Below the pieces are notes generated by a model. The model made no database searches, was not told the origin of the DNA, and saw nothing but the letters and a program-made list of their open reading frames with translations. Below are positions 48,766-59,464 of a stretch of DNA of 64,000 nt, in pieces (the first letter of the stretch is position 1; each line of letters opens with the position of its first letter). This stretch comes from a virus. Its lineage: Duplodnaviria; Heunggongvirae; Uroviricota; Caudoviricetes. The translations under genes and the position numbers were made by a program. The stretch spans positions 1 through 64,000 of the IMG/VR virus record IMGVR_UViG_2724679538_000004; one strand, 5' to 3'.

Positions 48766-51081
48766 ATGATAAGCATCGTAAAACGTAACGGCCAAACAGA
48801 GCCGTTATCCGAAGAAAAATACAACCGCGTCGTAATGTATGGCGTAGAAGGTATTCGTGGCGTAAGCGCATCAGCTGTAGCAATGGGAGCTGCGGCCAGT
48901 ATTTTTGATGGGATGACCACCAGCCAGTTGCATGAGGCTTTGGTTAAATCTGCTGCGGACCTAATCTCTCCAGAGACACCAAACTACTCACAAGTAGCCG
49001 CACGTCTGAACATTTTCAAAATCCGCAAGCATGCATTCGGTCAATACGACTATCCGAATTTCTATCAACACATTGTTAAAAATGTCAACAAAGGCGTTTA
49101 TGACGCAGATCTACTGAAATACTACTCGGTCGAAGAAATAGAGGAGCTTGGCATATACATTAAGCCTAAGCGTGATGAGCTTTTTGGTTATGCAGCTACT
49201 GTTCAGCTACATAGCAAATACCTTGTCCAGAATCGTGTGACTGGAGAAATCTACGAGGGGCCACAACATATTTATATGCTGGTGGGCATGTGTCTGTTCC
49301 AGAATTGGGAAGACGACTGCGCTGGCAAAACTCGTATGGAGATGGTCAAAGGCTTCTATGACATCACCAGTACGTTCAAATTGTCCTTGCCGACCCCAAT
49401 CATGGCAGGCGTTCGTACTCCTACTCGCCAGTTCTCCAGTTGTGTGCTGATTGAGTCTGGGGATAGTCTGAAAGGGATTAGTGCAGCTTCAGCCGCAATT
49501 ATCGACTACGTTTCACGTCGTGCTGGAATTGGTATTGGTTTTGGCCGCATACGTGCGCTGGGAAGTGAGATCCGCAATGGTGAAGCCACCCATACCGGAG
49601 TTCTTCCATTCCTGAAGCATTTCCAGACTGCTGTTAAATCTTGCTCGCAAGGTGGTGTTCGTGGTGGAGCAGCAACAGCGTTTTACCCGATCTGGCATCT
49701 TGAAGTTGAAAGTCTGCTGGTGGTGAAAAACAACCGAGGTATCGAGGAAAACCGTGTTCGCCATCTTGATTACGGAGTAATGATCAATCGCCTCATGTAT
49801 CGCCGACTTGTTCGAGGCGAGAACATTACTCTGTTCAGTCCGCATGATGTGCCTGATATGTACGAAGCCTTCTTTACAGATCAGGATCTGTTTGAAAAGC
49901 TGTACCATAAATACGAAGCCGATGATTCAATCCGCAAGAAGTCAGTACCTGCCGTTGAGCTGTTTTCATCTCTGATGCAGGAACGAGCGTCCACTGGCCG
50001 CATTTATATTGCGAACGTCGACCATATTAATGAGCATGGTGCTTTTATTCCTGCTCTTGCACCTGTTCGTCAGTCAAACCTGTGCATGGAGATCACCCTA
50101 CCCACTCGTCCACTGACATTTACCGACGATCCGAACGGTGAGATCGCGCTGTGCACTTTATCAGCTTTTAACCTAGGAGCCATCCGTTCACTGGAGTCTC
50201 TTAAAGAGGTTGCGTTCTATGCCGTGGCTGCACTGGATTCGCTACTGGATTATCAAGACTATCCGATGGATGCAGCGAAAGTGCCTGCCAAAGCTCGTCG
50301 TAGCCTGGGGATTGGTGTAACCAACTTTGCTTATTACCTGGCAAAGAATGGCGTTCGTTATTCTGATACCGCTGGCAATAAACTGGTGCATGAAACGTTT
50401 GAAGCTATCCAGTATTACCTTCTTGATGCCAGTTGCCGACTTGCGGAAGCAAAAGGTGAATGTGACTGGTTTGAGCAGACCAGGTACGCAATTGGCCAGT
50501 TGCCGATCGACCACTACCGTTCTTCATTAGACGAAAGTGACGAAACTAACTTTGAATTAAAGATGCCGTGGGAAGAACTGCGTGAACGAATTGCAAAACA
50601 CGGCCTTCGCAATTCCACGCTGACGGCACAAATGCCATGTGAGACTTCCAGCCAGATCACTAACTCCACCAACGGCATTGAACCGCCTCGTGGCCCGGTG
50701 TCAGTGAAATCTTCTAAGGACGGCATCGTCAAGATGGTCGTGCCTGAGTTTGAAAAATTGAAGGAACAGTATGAATACCTGTGGGATATGCCGGACAACC
50801 GCGGCTATCTGACAAAGGTGGCGATCATCCAGAAGTTCTTCGACCAGGCTATTTCAGCCAATACCAACTATGACCCTTCTCGCTTTGAAGGCGATAAAGT
50901 TCCAATGATGACGCTACTGTCAGATTTGCTTCTTGCCTACAAGATGGGAGTTAAAACGCTTTACTACCACAACACCAGAGATGGTGCAGGAAAGCGTGAT
51001 GACGACGAACCGCAGAATCCACTGGCGCAAGCTGTAGCCGTCGAGCCAGAAGATGAGTGCGACGGAGCCTGCAAAATCTGA
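48766..51081 (+). CDS. nrdA: ribonucleotide reductase large subunit (class Ia NrdA)
   Basis: 771 aa, N-terminal ATP-cone-like region (IVKRNGQTEPLSEEK), catalytic-region motifs incl. NLCMEI and C-terminal Cys pair. Confidence 0.85.
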   Translation: MISIVKRNGQTEPLSEEKYNRVVMYGVEGIRGVSASAVAMGAAASIFDGMTTSQLHEALVKSAADLISPETPNYSQVAARLNIFKIRKHAFGQYDYPNFYQHIVKNVNKGVYDADLLKYYSVEEIEELGIYIKPKRDELFGYAATVQLHSKYLVQNRVTGEIYEGPQHIYMLVGMCLFQNWEDDCAGKTRMEMVKGFYDITSTFKLSLPTPIMAGVRTPTRQFSSCVLIESGDSLKGISAASAAIIDYVSRRAGIGIGFGRIRALGSEIRNGEATHTGVLPFLKHFQTAVKSCSQGGVRGGAATAFYPIWHLEVESLLVVKNNRGIEENRVRHLDYGVMINRLMYRRLVRGENITLFSPHDVPDMYEAFFTDQDLFEKLYHKYEADDSIRKKSVPAVELFSSLMQERASTGRIYIANVDHINEHGAFIPALAPVRQSNLCMEITLPTRPLTFTDDPNGEIALCTLSAFNLGAIRSLESLKEVAFYAVAALDSLLDYQDYPMDAAKVPAKARRSLGIGVTNFAYYLAKNGVRYSDTAGNKLVHETFEAIQYYLLDASCRLAEAKGECDWFEQTRYAIGQLPIDHYRSSLDESDETNFELKMPWEELRERIAKHGLRNSTLTAQMPCETSSQITNSTNGIEPPRGPVSVKSSKDGIVKMVVPEFEKLKEQYEYLWDMPDNRGYLTKVAIIQKFFDQAISANTNYDPSRFEGDKVPMMTLLSDLLLAYKMGVKTLYYHNTRDGAGKRDDDEPQNPLAQAVAVEPEDECDGACKI

Positions 51082-51140
51082 CATATGGTGGGGGATATCC
51101 CCACCTTCTCTTTGATTTGTAAGCCTTGTTTAAACACATA

Positions 51141-51160
51141 AGATAACAACTTGTTTAAAC
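51141..51160. promoter_or_regulatory. motif B element (plus half-copy at 51124-51137)
   Basis: AGATAACAACTTGTTTAAAC. Confidence 0.5.
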
Positions 51161-51186
51161 ACACCAAAAAGCAAAAGGAAAAACAC

Positions 51187-52329
51187 ATGTCATATTCAAC
51201 GTTCCGTTTGGGTGCTAATGATGCAACCAAAGAGCCTATGTTCCTCGGACAATCTGTCAACGTGGCACGTTACGATCAGCAAAAGTACCGTGATTTTGAA
51301 AAGTTGATTGAACGTCAATTGTCTTTCTTCTGGCGGCCAGAAGAAGTTGATATTTCAAGCGATCGCATCGACTTCAATACGAAGCTGCGGGACCACGAAC
51401 GTCACATTTTCCTGAGTAATCTCCGTTATCAAACGTTACTCGATTCAGTTCAGGGACGTAGCCCAAATGCAACGCTGCTGCCGCTTATCTCTATCCCTGA
51501 ACTGGAAACGTGGATTGAAACGTGGTCTTTCTCTGAGACTATCCATAGCCGCAGCTACACCCACATTATTCGTGGCATGGTGGATGACCCTAGCATTGTT
51601 TTTGACGGTATTGTTACGGATGAAGAAATCATCAACCGAGCGATCAGTATCTCTGCTGAATATGACAGGCTTTATGGGATGACCTGCGATCGCCAGTCGT
51701 TAGGTGAGAAGGAATTTGAGCGTCTGTACGTAAATGAATATGGCTGGGAGCCATACCCTTTGCAACGTCAGCTTTTCCGCACGTTGGTGTCTATTAATGC
51801 GCTTGAGGCGATCCGTTTCTACGTAAGTTTTGCATGTACGTTTGCCTTTGGCGAACGGAAGTTGCTTGAGGGTAACACCAAAATTATGCGCTTTATTGCC
51901 CGTGATGAAGCTCTGCATTGCGAGGGAACAGAACGTATGATCCGCTTCATGCGTACAGGTCGCGAAGGTTTATTGTGGAAAGAGATTGCTGCTGATGAAG
52001 AAAATGTCATTTACGACACCATGAAATCAGTCGCCGAACAAGAAATGAACTGGGCAGACTATCTCTTCAAAGATGGCTCAATGATTGGTTTAAACGCAGA
52101 GATTCTCAAAAGCTACGTAAAGTACCGCACCAATCTGGCTATGAATCGTCTTGGCCTTAAGGCGTTATTCCCAGAAGTTACCAGTGATCCGCTGGTCTGG
52201 ATGAATAAGTGGCTATTGACCGACACACTGCAAATCGCACCACAAGAGGCAGAGCAAAGCACATATCTGGTAGGTCAGATCGATTCTACCGTAGACAAAG
52301 CCTCACTGAGTCAGTTCGCGGACCTGTAA
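51187..52329 (+). CDS. nrdB: ribonucleotide reductase small subunit (NrdB)
   Basis: Di-iron/tyrosyl radical protein pattern ([24 protein letters not shown]); follows nrdA. Confidence 0.85.
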   Translation: MSYSTFRLGANDATKEPMFLGQSVNVARYDQQKYRDFEKLIERQLSFFWRPEEVDISSDRIDFNTKLRDHERHIFLSNLRYQTLLDSVQGRSPNATLLPLISIPELETWIETWSFSETIHSRSYTHIIRGMVDDPSIVFDGIVTDEEIINRAISISAEYDRLYGMTCDRQSLGEKEFERLYVNEYGWEPYPLQRQLFRTLVSINALEAIRFYVSFACTFAFGERKLLEGNTKIMRFIARDEALHCEGTERMIRFMRTGREGLLWKEIAADEENVIYDTMKSVAEQEMNWADYLFKDGSMIGLNAEILKSYVKYRTNLAMNRLGLKALFPEVTSDPLVWMNKWLLTDTLQIAPQEAEQSTYLVGQIDSTVDKASLSQFADL

Positions 52330-52407
52330 GCCTATAAATTGCGTTATGTGGCCTGGTAACGCTGGGCCACAATGGAGCACAAGTTCTAATAAAGGAAAGA
52401 AAACGAT

Positions 52408-53283
52408 ATGAATTTTACCAAACTGAAAGACCACCTAAAGATTGCCACGGATCGTCTCGTTGGTTTCAAGGCTGAACCATATGAAATCAATGAAGGTCAC
52501 GTTATGGCGACGGAAGCTATTTACCAAATGGTCGATCAGTTTCATGAACTCTTTCAACACCCGCGTCGTGTGGTGCCAACACCGGAATTACTTCGTCTCC
52601 GTGCCAGATTGATTCATGAGGAAGCTGTAATAGAAGGCATCCCAGCCGCACAAAAAGGAGACATTGAGCAGCTGCTGGATGCAATGGCTGATTTTCTCTA
52701 TGTAGGTGTAGGCACAATGGTCGCAGTTAAAGGTGGTATTTCTACAGGTATGACTTACTACACGCAGGAACAAAGCATTGATCGCTTTATTGAGACATTC
52801 TTTGTGCCTCAGAATACTGTGTTCGATGACATGGCTATTCCATTCAAAGAAGCTCAGCAGGCGGCTGTGATGCTTGAAGAGTTGGCTGACAAACTTGAAA
52901 AGAAAACCATGAGAGATCCTGAACTGATTCAGGAGCTACGCCGTGTAATGAATAAAATTTACGTCGCGTGCATGATGACATATCGACTCGCTGATTTCTT
53001 GGGTGTCGATGTTGTTGAGCTGGTACGTGAGATTCATCGTTCCAACATGACTAAATTATGGCCTGCGGATATGGAAGAGCGCCAAAAGGCTGTAGAGAAC
53101 TGCAAATACGACAAACACGATCTAAGTTTTCGCCATGCGGACGGGACAGACATGATGATAGGCTTTCGTGTTTCAGATGGAAAAATACTCAAATCGCCAA
53201 CATACAGTGACGTTGATCTTACTGCGTTTGTAGCGCAGGCGAAGTCTTCTGCAATATATGATGAAGTTAAAAAATTATTGTAG
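52408..53283 (+). CDS. hypothetical protein, possible MazG-like NTP pyrophosphohydrolase domain
   Basis: HEEAVIEG..GDIEQLLDAMADFLYV resembles MazG EExxE..D motif region; context of nucleotide metabolism genes. Confidence 0.35.
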   Translation: MNFTKLKDHLKIATDRLVGFKAEPYEINEGHVMATEAIYQMVDQFHELFQHPRRVVPTPELLRLRARLIHEEAVIEGIPAAQKGDIEQLLDAMADFLYVGVGTMVAVKGGISTGMTYYTQEQSIDRFIETFFVPQNTVFDDMAIPFKEAQQAAVMLEELADKLEKKTMRDPELIQELRRVMNKIYVACMMTYRLADFLGVDVVELVREIHRSNMTKLWPADMEERQKAVENCKYDKHDLSFRHADGTDMMIGFRVSDGKILKSPTYSDVDLTAFVAQAKSSAIYDEVKKLL

Positions 53284-53296
53284 GTAGTTACTTATG
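53281..53296. repeat. motif A copy
   Basis: TAGGTAGTTACTTATG overlapping stop codon. Confidence 0.6.
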
Positions 53297-53427
53297 TGTG
53301 TATATTAATTTTGTGTACTAACTACACCTGGTAAGAGAATCTTCGTATATTTTGGTGGCCATGTGCCACCATTTTTTTTGTCATCTGGTCTTGCCTGGTT
53401 TTCGCGTGTAAACTCTCACTTATGAAT

Positions 53428-53448
53428 AATAGGTATGTACTTATCTAT
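53428..53448. repeat. motif A copy
   Basis: AATAGGTATGTACTTATCTAT. Confidence 0.7.
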
Positions 53449-53465
53449 CTTTTTGTGGGGTTTAT

Positions 53466-54569
53466 GTGTCTCTTCTATTGAATGGTGAGCATACGAATGG
53501 CCAGGTGGCTAATACATCGTATGCAAAAGTAATTGAAACGGTACTTAAATCAGGCGTGAAAGCAGGAGATCGGACTGGTACTGGCACTACGAGTGTTTCT
53601 TACGTTCCATCCTACTACTTACTGACTGGCGGCTCTGTTCCGTTGATTTCAGGGAAGGCTGTGAATTTAAAACCGCTTCTGGTTGAGCTGGAGTGGTATC
53701 TCAAAGGAACAGGCAACATCCAGTTCCTGAAAGACAATGGCGTCAAAATTTGGGATGCCTGGGCTGATGAAAATGGCGATTTAGGACCGGTTTATGGCAA
53801 GCAATGGCGTCGGTGGGAAGACACCCGCATCGTTAGCAATAGTGAGTATTTAAAAAAAATCGACACGTTGCGTGAGCGCGGATACAAGGTCGAGGGGTAT
53901 CTGGGCATAAGTGAAGATCGCGTTGTGTTGTCCCGTGAAATCGACCAGCTACAGCGTATCGTCGACACACTGCGTACCAATCCTACCGATCGTCGTATTC
54001 TGCTTAATGCGTGGAATGTTGGCGAGTTGGAAGATATGAAGTTGCCACCTTGTCACTTTGTCTTTTCTCTGTGGAGTCGTGAGCTGGACTTTAAGACCCG
54101 GCTGACGATGGCCACCGACATAGGCATCCAACACAATCGCTACGGCCACGAATCCATTTACACCCAGATGCTGTGTCTTCTGGAACGTGATGGAGGTATT
54201 ACAGAGAACATGCTGGACGAGCTGGGCATCCCGAAACGTATTCTGAACTCCTGTCTTGTGCAGCGTAGCGTCGATACTTTCGTTGGTATGCCTTTCAATA
54301 TCGCTGGTTATGGCATTCTCACTCACTTCCTCGCAAAGATCACCGGCCATATGGCTGGCGCATTCGTACATTTTGGTTTTGACGTTCATTTATACGACAA
54401 CCATATGGAAGGCGTTGAGGAACTGCTGAATCGCGAACCGCCAAAAGAGTCCGACCCTGTTGTCATCTTCCCGCATGAGTGGGCTGAGTTAGATGACTTC
54501 AAGTGGGAAGGTGTTCAGATTCTTGGCTATTCACCACTTCCGTGGATCAAGGTTCCAGTGGCGGTGTGA
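53466..54569 (+). CDS. thyA: thymidylate synthase (ThyA) with two insertions
   Basis: DRTGTGT, IWDAWADENGDLGPVYGKQWR, LPPCH, MPFNIAGY motifs; about 100 aa longer than E. coli ThyA. Confidence 0.85.
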   Translation: MSLLLNGEHTNGQVANTSYAKVIETVLKSGVKAGDRTGTGTTSVSYVPSYYLLTGGSVPLISGKAVNLKPLLVELEWYLKGTGNIQFLKDNGVKIWDAWADENGDLGPVYGKQWRRWEDTRIVSNSEYLKKIDTLRERGYKVEGYLGISEDRVVLSREIDQLQRIVDTLRTNPTDRRILLNAWNVGELEDMKLPPCHFVFSLWSRELDFKTRLTMATDIGIQHNRYGHESIYTQMLCLLERDGGITENMLDELGIPKRILNSCLVQRSVDTFVGMPFNIAGYGILTHFLAKITGHMAGAFVHFGFDVHLYDNHMEGVEELLNREPPKESDPVVIFPHEWAELDDFKWEGVQILGYSPLPWIKVPVAV

Positions 54570-54570
54570 T

Positions 54571-54984
54571 ATGGCCAGAGGGATGTATGTACTGTGTGAA
54601 ATCGATGATGTGCTGGCGAACGTCAGCCATCGTAAGTCGGTGCCTGAATCTGATGCAGGGGCTTTTATTGCAGGTGATGAACTCATCTTTCCAACCAGCC
54701 GCATGTTGCGTGGTTTTGCTCGCTCTGGTGCTGAGATCGTGCTTATCAGCCGTCGCTCCGAGTCTCTTGAAGGCCAGACAAAACGCTGGTTGAAAGACTT
54801 TGGTGTTGATTACGACTGGCTTCACCTTGTTCCTGATGGTGTCAGTTTTGAAAAGCACATCAAACGCACGCTTGCTGAGCACAAGGGTGAGTTGCTGATA
54901 GCTGCGCTGATCCACGATCCGCGATTGCGATCGACTTTAGCCAATTATCACCAACGCCCCATTATTTATGAGGTAAGCCAATGA
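54571..54984 (+). CDS. hypothetical protein (possible small hydrolase)
   Basis: 137 aa from ATG 54571 just after thyA stop; no firm motif. Confidence 0.35.
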   Translation: MARGMYVLCEIDDVLANVSHRKSVPESDAGAFIAGDELIFPTSRMLRGFARSGAEIVLISRRSESLEGQTKRWLKDFGVDYDWLHLVPDGVSFEKHIKRTLAEHKGELLIAALIHDPRLRSTLANYHQRPIIYEVSQ

Positions 54985-55457
54985 GGATGATTGCAGCTGT
55001 AGGACGCAACTATGAAATTGGCATAGGAAACGTACTCCCCTGGCGTTGCCCAACAGACATGAAATTGTTCAAGCGGCTAACTCAAAACGCAAGTGTAGTG
55101 ATGGGGCGTAAGACGATGGAAAGTCTGAAACGCCCACTGCCTGAGCGCCACAACCTTGTATTAACGCGCTCACAAGGTCATATGCCGAATGGGTTTTACT
55201 CTGCTTGCGTGGAAGACGTGCTAAAGCTTCCAGAGCCTATCTGGGTAATTGGAGGCGGGCAGATTTATTCAACTCTTATGCCTTACGTAGAAGAAATATG
55301 GCTTTCACATATAGGTGTTGATGTGCCAAACGCAGATGCATTCTTCCCTGTAGAGCTGATGCGCACATTGGGATTTGCTCCAGTGGAGACGGCATATACG
55401 CAACGACAGAGTGAGGAAGAACCTGGATTTTTGCAGATTGTATACAGAAGGGCGTAA
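54981..55457 (+). CDS. folA: dihydrofolate reductase
   Basis: MIAAVGRNYEIG..LPW..P.D...FK..T....VVMGRKT and VIGGGQIY motifs. Confidence 0.85.
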   Translation: MRMIAAVGRNYEIGIGNVLPWRCPTDMKLFKRLTQNASVVMGRKTMESLKRPLPERHNLVLTRSQGHMPNGFYSACVEDVLKLPEPIWVIGGGQIYSTLMPYVEEIWLSHIGVDVPNADAFFPVELMRTLGFAPVETAYTQRQSEEEPGFLQIVYRRA

Positions 55458-56101
55458 TGGATTACCGAATTGGGATCACTGGTGTACAGGGCAGTGGTAA
55501 AACAACCCTGGCAAAATACATCGACAAACACTTTGGCATTCCGTATGTGGATGCCGGGGTTGGCAGACTTATGAGTAGCTTAGGTGTGAAGGTTGGCGCA
55601 AAAATGCCGCTTTACGAGCGTCTTCAAATTCAGATGGAGATTGCAAAGCACATCGAAGTGATTACCCGTGGGGTTGAAGGCTTTGTGATTGATCGAACTC
55701 CTGCTGATGTTATGGCTTACACGCTAGATCTTGTTGGGCAAACCAATGAAGAGAGGTGTATCGAGTTAGCAATCGACATTGAAAGGTTTTGCCACGATAC
55801 GGCAATTTCAAATTTCAATGCCATAGCTGGTTTACGCCCGGGAGTCACATTGACCGACGACGACTTCAAACGTGAACAGAGAGGTTCTCTTGATCGTCTC
55901 TATGTTGCTCGTATAGACGCTCTTATGTGTGGGGAATTAACCAAAATCCACCTGCATCCGCAGAGGGGAGATCTGCAAACATTTATTATTTCAGAGCGGT
56001 ATCGAACAGTCGAAGCAAGAGCCAGATCCGTGTTCAGGATGATTGATAACGCCGTTGAAAAAATTGAAAAAAGATTCAGTGGCCGCGTGACCGTTCATTG
56101 A
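55457..56101 (+). CDS. P-loop kinase, probably (d)NMP kinase
   Basis: Walker A GITGVQGSGKTT at N-terminus; nucleotide metabolism context. Confidence 0.45.
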   Translation: MDYRIGITGVQGSGKTTLAKYIDKHFGIPYVDAGVGRLMSSLGVKVGAKMPLYERLQIQMEIAKHIEVITRGVEGFVIDRTPADVMAYTLDLVGQTNEERCIELAIDIERFCHDTAISNFNAIAGLRPGVTLTDDDFKREQRGSLDRLYVARIDALMCGELTKIHLHPQRGDLQTFIISERYRTVEARARSVFRMIDNAVEKIEKRFSGRVTVH

Positions 56102-56162
56102 AAATTGTTCGCCTCTCCAATATTGCAACAATAGAACTCTCAAAATGGATTAAGGATAAAAA

Positions 56163-56582
56163 ATGTTTACTGAAACGCTGCTGGAAGATGAGCTTGATCG
56201 GAAAACGACAGAGGCTCTTATTCGCGTGGCAGACGAACATTCCAGGTCGCTTCTAAGTGATCGAGAGGCTCGTTTGGTAATTCGCGCCATATTTGAAACG
56301 GTGCAAGGACTTGTTGGAGCGCAAGTTGGTGAAGCCGTTAATTTTGCAATGAATCAATTCAGTGGCGAAGCCAAGAAGCCACTGTTCCCTATGCATCTGA
56401 AGCTCGCGAATGGAACGGTGTTGTATGTTTCTGTTTGTCTTGATAATAACCAAATAAACGTACTCAATGTGACATCTGGCGAATGGCGCGATCCGGTTGT
56501 TTGCGAAAGTGGTGAAGAAGCATTGAAGAAAGCAGCTCAGTTTGTGCGTAGCGCATTGCTGAAAGGCGCGAAGAAGTTGTAA
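56163..56582 (+). CDS. hypothetical protein
   Basis: 139-aa ORF with AAGGA RBS. Confidence 0.45.
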   Translation: MFTETLLEDELDRKTTEALIRVADEHSRSLLSDREARLVIRAIFETVQGLVGAQVGEAVNFAMNQFSGEAKKPLFPMHLKLANGTVLYVSVCLDNNQINVLNVTSGEWRDPVVCESGEEALKKAAQFVRSALLKGAKKL

Positions 56583-56591
56583 GGAGTATTA

Positions 56592-57149
56592 ATGGCTACG
56601 TTAGTCGCTGGTATCGATATTGAGTCTACAGGGCTGGATTTCAGATCTGGTCATAAAATCATTGAAATTGCCATTACTCGTTATGAACTGGAGTCGCAAT
56701 CACACATCGATAACCTTGTAATGCGTTTTAATCCGCGTCGCAGCATTGATCCAAAAGCCCAGGCGGTTCATGGCATTTCTCTCGAAGATCTGGCAACCGA
56801 ACCGTTGCTGTCTGACCATGCAAAAAAGATTGCCGATTACATGGGTACATGTAGTGCATGGGTTGCGCATAACGGCGAAGCGTTTGACATTCCATTCATT
56901 CGTCACGAGTTTTCAGGGTATGGGATTGTATTATCGGACATACCACTAATAGACACTATGCTATCAGGTTTATGGGCTACCGAAGATGGCAAGCGTCCTC
57001 GTCTGGAAGAATTGGCGTTTTCACTTGGTTTTATTTATGACCATAAAAAGGCACACAGTGCATTGTATGACACTGATCTGATGATGAAGTGTTTCTTTAA
57101 GGCAAGAGATAAATACGGTTTTTTCAAACTGCCTTTTGAATCAGTATAA
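56592..57149 (+). CDS. DEDDh 3'-5' exonuclease (DnaQ/epsilon-like)
   Basis: Exo motifs GIDIESTG, HNGEAFD, HSALYDTD. Confidence 0.8.
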   Translation: MATLVAGIDIESTGLDFRSGHKIIEIAITRYELESQSHIDNLVMRFNPRRSIDPKAQAVHGISLEDLATEPLLSDHAKKIADYMGTCSAWVAHNGEAFDIPFIRHEFSGYGIVLSDIPLIDTMLSGLWATEDGKRPRLEELAFSLGFIYDHKKAHSALYDTDLMMKCFFKARDKYGFFKLPFESV

Positions 57150-57461
57150 CTTTAAACAAAGCCTACTTTTTACGGAGTAGGCTTTGTCAATACTAAAAGT
57201 ATGCAACAAACAGCCTGGCGTATTCTACAACTGCAACAACACATTTAATTATAAAACTGCCTATGTTACCTTTTTGCGACGGGATTCCAAAAATACAGTT
57301 CTTGTGGGCCTGATGGTATATTTACAAGCCAAAAATTGCGAACAGGACCAACAATGCGCCTTCTATTTATTTCCTGCCTGTAATTAACACTTTTCCGCCT
57401 GATAGGTTTCATCAAAATATACACAGTGACGAAACAACTTAACAACTGACAGGAGCACGAA

Positions 57462-58253
57462 ATGAGTGTCGTTGAAAATGCAGTATTGAAAGATGACCTT
57501 GATGAACTGACAGCAATGCTTCAAGCGCTTGATGAACCAGTGCAAAAGGCGTCGCGGGTAGAAAATACAGATGAAATTGACAACTTACTTGAAGGACTGG
57601 ATTCAGGTATTGCAGTAAGTTCCGATGACATTGTAGGGGAAGTGATAGACGCTGAGGTCTCTGGTGATTTTAGCTTTGCGTTAAATGAGTTAGAAATTGA
57701 ACATGAGTCATTAAATGTAAACGATAAAGAAGAAGAGGAAAAAATTGAGTCTGATATATCTCAAAATAAAATAATTTCTGTTTCAGAGGAACAAATTAGC
57801 AGGTCAGATAAAGGAAAAAATAACAACAAAAAAATCCGTTCCACAAGAGGTCCACGCTTTACACTGGACGACAAAGAACAGTCATTTTTTGAAAATGCAG
57901 GCCTCGATAAAGAATCATTCCTTGCAGCTTATGAAAAAGCACCAGTTAAGGCAAAGGATAAGGTTTTGAATTTATTAAACTGGTTTAGTGGTGGTCCAGA
58001 TATTAGTGTTTATACAGTAATATCATTGCGTCACATTATTGAGGCTAATGTGGCTACAAGTAACAGTATTAAAATTGCTTTGATGAGCAATCCTGAAAAA
58101 CCTTATCCACTCAACACAGCATCAACGCAGGCCGGTCAGATGATGGCTGTTTTTCCTGCTACTGGAGTCGCTTTACGAGAAGGTGGAAATCTTACACTGA
58201 ATGTGGAGTCGCCGATCATTAAGAAGTTTAAAGCGGAGTACACTATTGGATGA
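57462..58253 (+). CDS. hypothetical protein with highly acidic N-terminal half
   Basis: 263 aa; first 100 residues dominated by Asp/Glu; AGGAG RBS. Confidence 0.5.
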   Translation: MSVVENAVLKDDLDELTAMLQALDEPVQKASRVENTDEIDNLLEGLDSGIAVSSDDIVGEVIDAEVSGDFSFALNELEIEHESLNVNDKEEEEKIESDISQNKIISVSEEQISRSDKGKNNNKKIRSTRGPRFTLDDKEQSFFENAGLDKESFLAAYEKAPVKAKDKVLNLLNWFSGGPDISVYTVISLRHIIEANVATSNSIKIALMSNPEKPYPLNTASTQAGQMMAVFPATGVALREGGNLTLNVESPIIKKFKAEYTIG

Positions 58254-58330
58254 AGTTCCCCTACTCAAAATAAAGCCCATAGAGAGCATTTTGTTGCTGG
58301 GTAAGCCAATCGCATACCCAGCACTAAAAA

Positions 58331-58374
58331 AACGCGTCAGAAAGCTTCTCGTGCACGTTCTGACGCGTTTTTTA
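58331..58374 (+). terminator. rho-independent terminator
   Basis: ACGCGTCAGAA...TTCTGACGCGT followed by TTTTTTATT. Confidence 0.65.
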
Positions 58375-58404
58375 TTGGTTGATATGCATTTGAGGAAATG
58401 AAAA

Positions 58405-58425
58405 AATAGGTAAGTAGTTACCTAT
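58405..58425. repeat. motif A copy
   Basis: AATAGGTAAGTAGTTACCTAT. Confidence 0.75.
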
Positions 58426-58438
58426 ACGGAGTGATTCA

Positions 58439-59032
58439 ATGATAGCGGCTGAGAAAATTAAAAAACGAGAGCGTGACCCTTCTCTTAGAGATCTATGGCG
58501 CACACCTCAATGGTTGTTTAACGCTATCCAGAAATACTTAGGTGTTCAATTCGATGTGGACGTTGCCTGCAACAAAGACAACGCTCTTCTTGCAAATTAC
58601 ATAGGCGTGGAGCGTGATGCTTTGAAAAGCAACTGGGGAGAACCGGGCACTATAGCATTCCTAAACCCGCCCTACTCGAAAATTTCCCCGTGGATCGAGG
58701 CCGCAATACGCGAACAAGCACGAGGTGTCACTACAGTTATGCTTATACCACAATCCCTTGATACAAAATGGTATGAGCGGGCCACTGAGCACGCAAACGA
58801 AACGGTTATTCTGTCTGGAGGTCGTGTGGCTTTCGTGGAACCAGACGTTAATTTGGGATTTGTGGAGGTAAACATTAACCCTGGTGGAAGTATGCTTCTG
58901 ATTTTTAGAGGCTTTTGTCAGGGAGCTGGACACACGATTAGAAAAATTCCTCTGGCGGTGTTGAAACAGCTGGGGGGTTATGATCCTGCCAATGTTTCCA
59001 GAAAGAAAAGAACATACAAGAAGGCAGCTTAA
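58439..59032 (+). CDS. DNA N6-adenine methyltransferase (phage Dam-type)
   Basis: Catalytic NPPY motif (FLNPPYS); 197 aa. Confidence 0.75.
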   Translation: MIAAEKIKKRERDPSLRDLWRTPQWLFNAIQKYLGVQFDVDVACNKDNALLANYIGVERDALKSNWGEPGTIAFLNPPYSKISPWIEAAIREQARGVTTVMLIPQSLDTKWYERATEHANETVILSGGRVAFVEPDVNLGFVEVNINPGGSMLLIFRGFCQGAGHTIRKIPLAVLKQLGGYDPANVSRKKRTYKKAA

Positions 59033-59214
59033 GTTCTGTCTGGGAGTGTTCTTGGACCTGCTTCTGTATAAATAAATACATACTAATATATTAATATACA
59101 GATGCAGGTTTTTTGTAGCAAACGTGCCAGACCTTGACAACATCCCAGAACCCACTAGAAACCCTCCCCAGACGCTCTAGAATCAATTTTGAGTAGCAAA
59201 GTAAGGAAACACAC

Positions 59215-59445
59215 ATGGTCTATCAAACAAACGTTGTAGCGCTCGTTGAGAGCGATTTTCTAGCCCAGGCGCGTGAAATGCTTAAAGATCGCGAGCGGGC
59301 GTTTAATTTGTATGAATGGGCACTCAAATGCCTACATCTTGGCGAGCATAAAGAACTTGTTGAACAGCTGTTAGGTGAGTTGATTAATGAGGTGTTTGCC
59401 TTAAACGTCCAGCTACATGGGCGAGAAAGTAACCAACCCCAATAA
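59215..59445 (+). CDS. hypothetical protein
   Basis: 76 aa; AAGGAAACACACATG initiation region. Confidence 0.4.
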   Translation: MVYQTNVVALVESDFLAQAREMLKDRERAFNLYEWALKCLHLGEHKELVEQLLGELINEVFALNVQLHGRESNQPQ

Positions 59446-59464
59446 TAGATAAGTACCTACTATT
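59444..59464. repeat. motif A copy
   Basis: AATAGATAAGTACCTACTATT. Confidence 0.65.

Noticed and set aside
57184-57387. 67-aa ORF after the exonuclease gene
   Set aside because: Lies in an intergenic region that begins with a terminator-like hairpin (57158-57187); no RBS.
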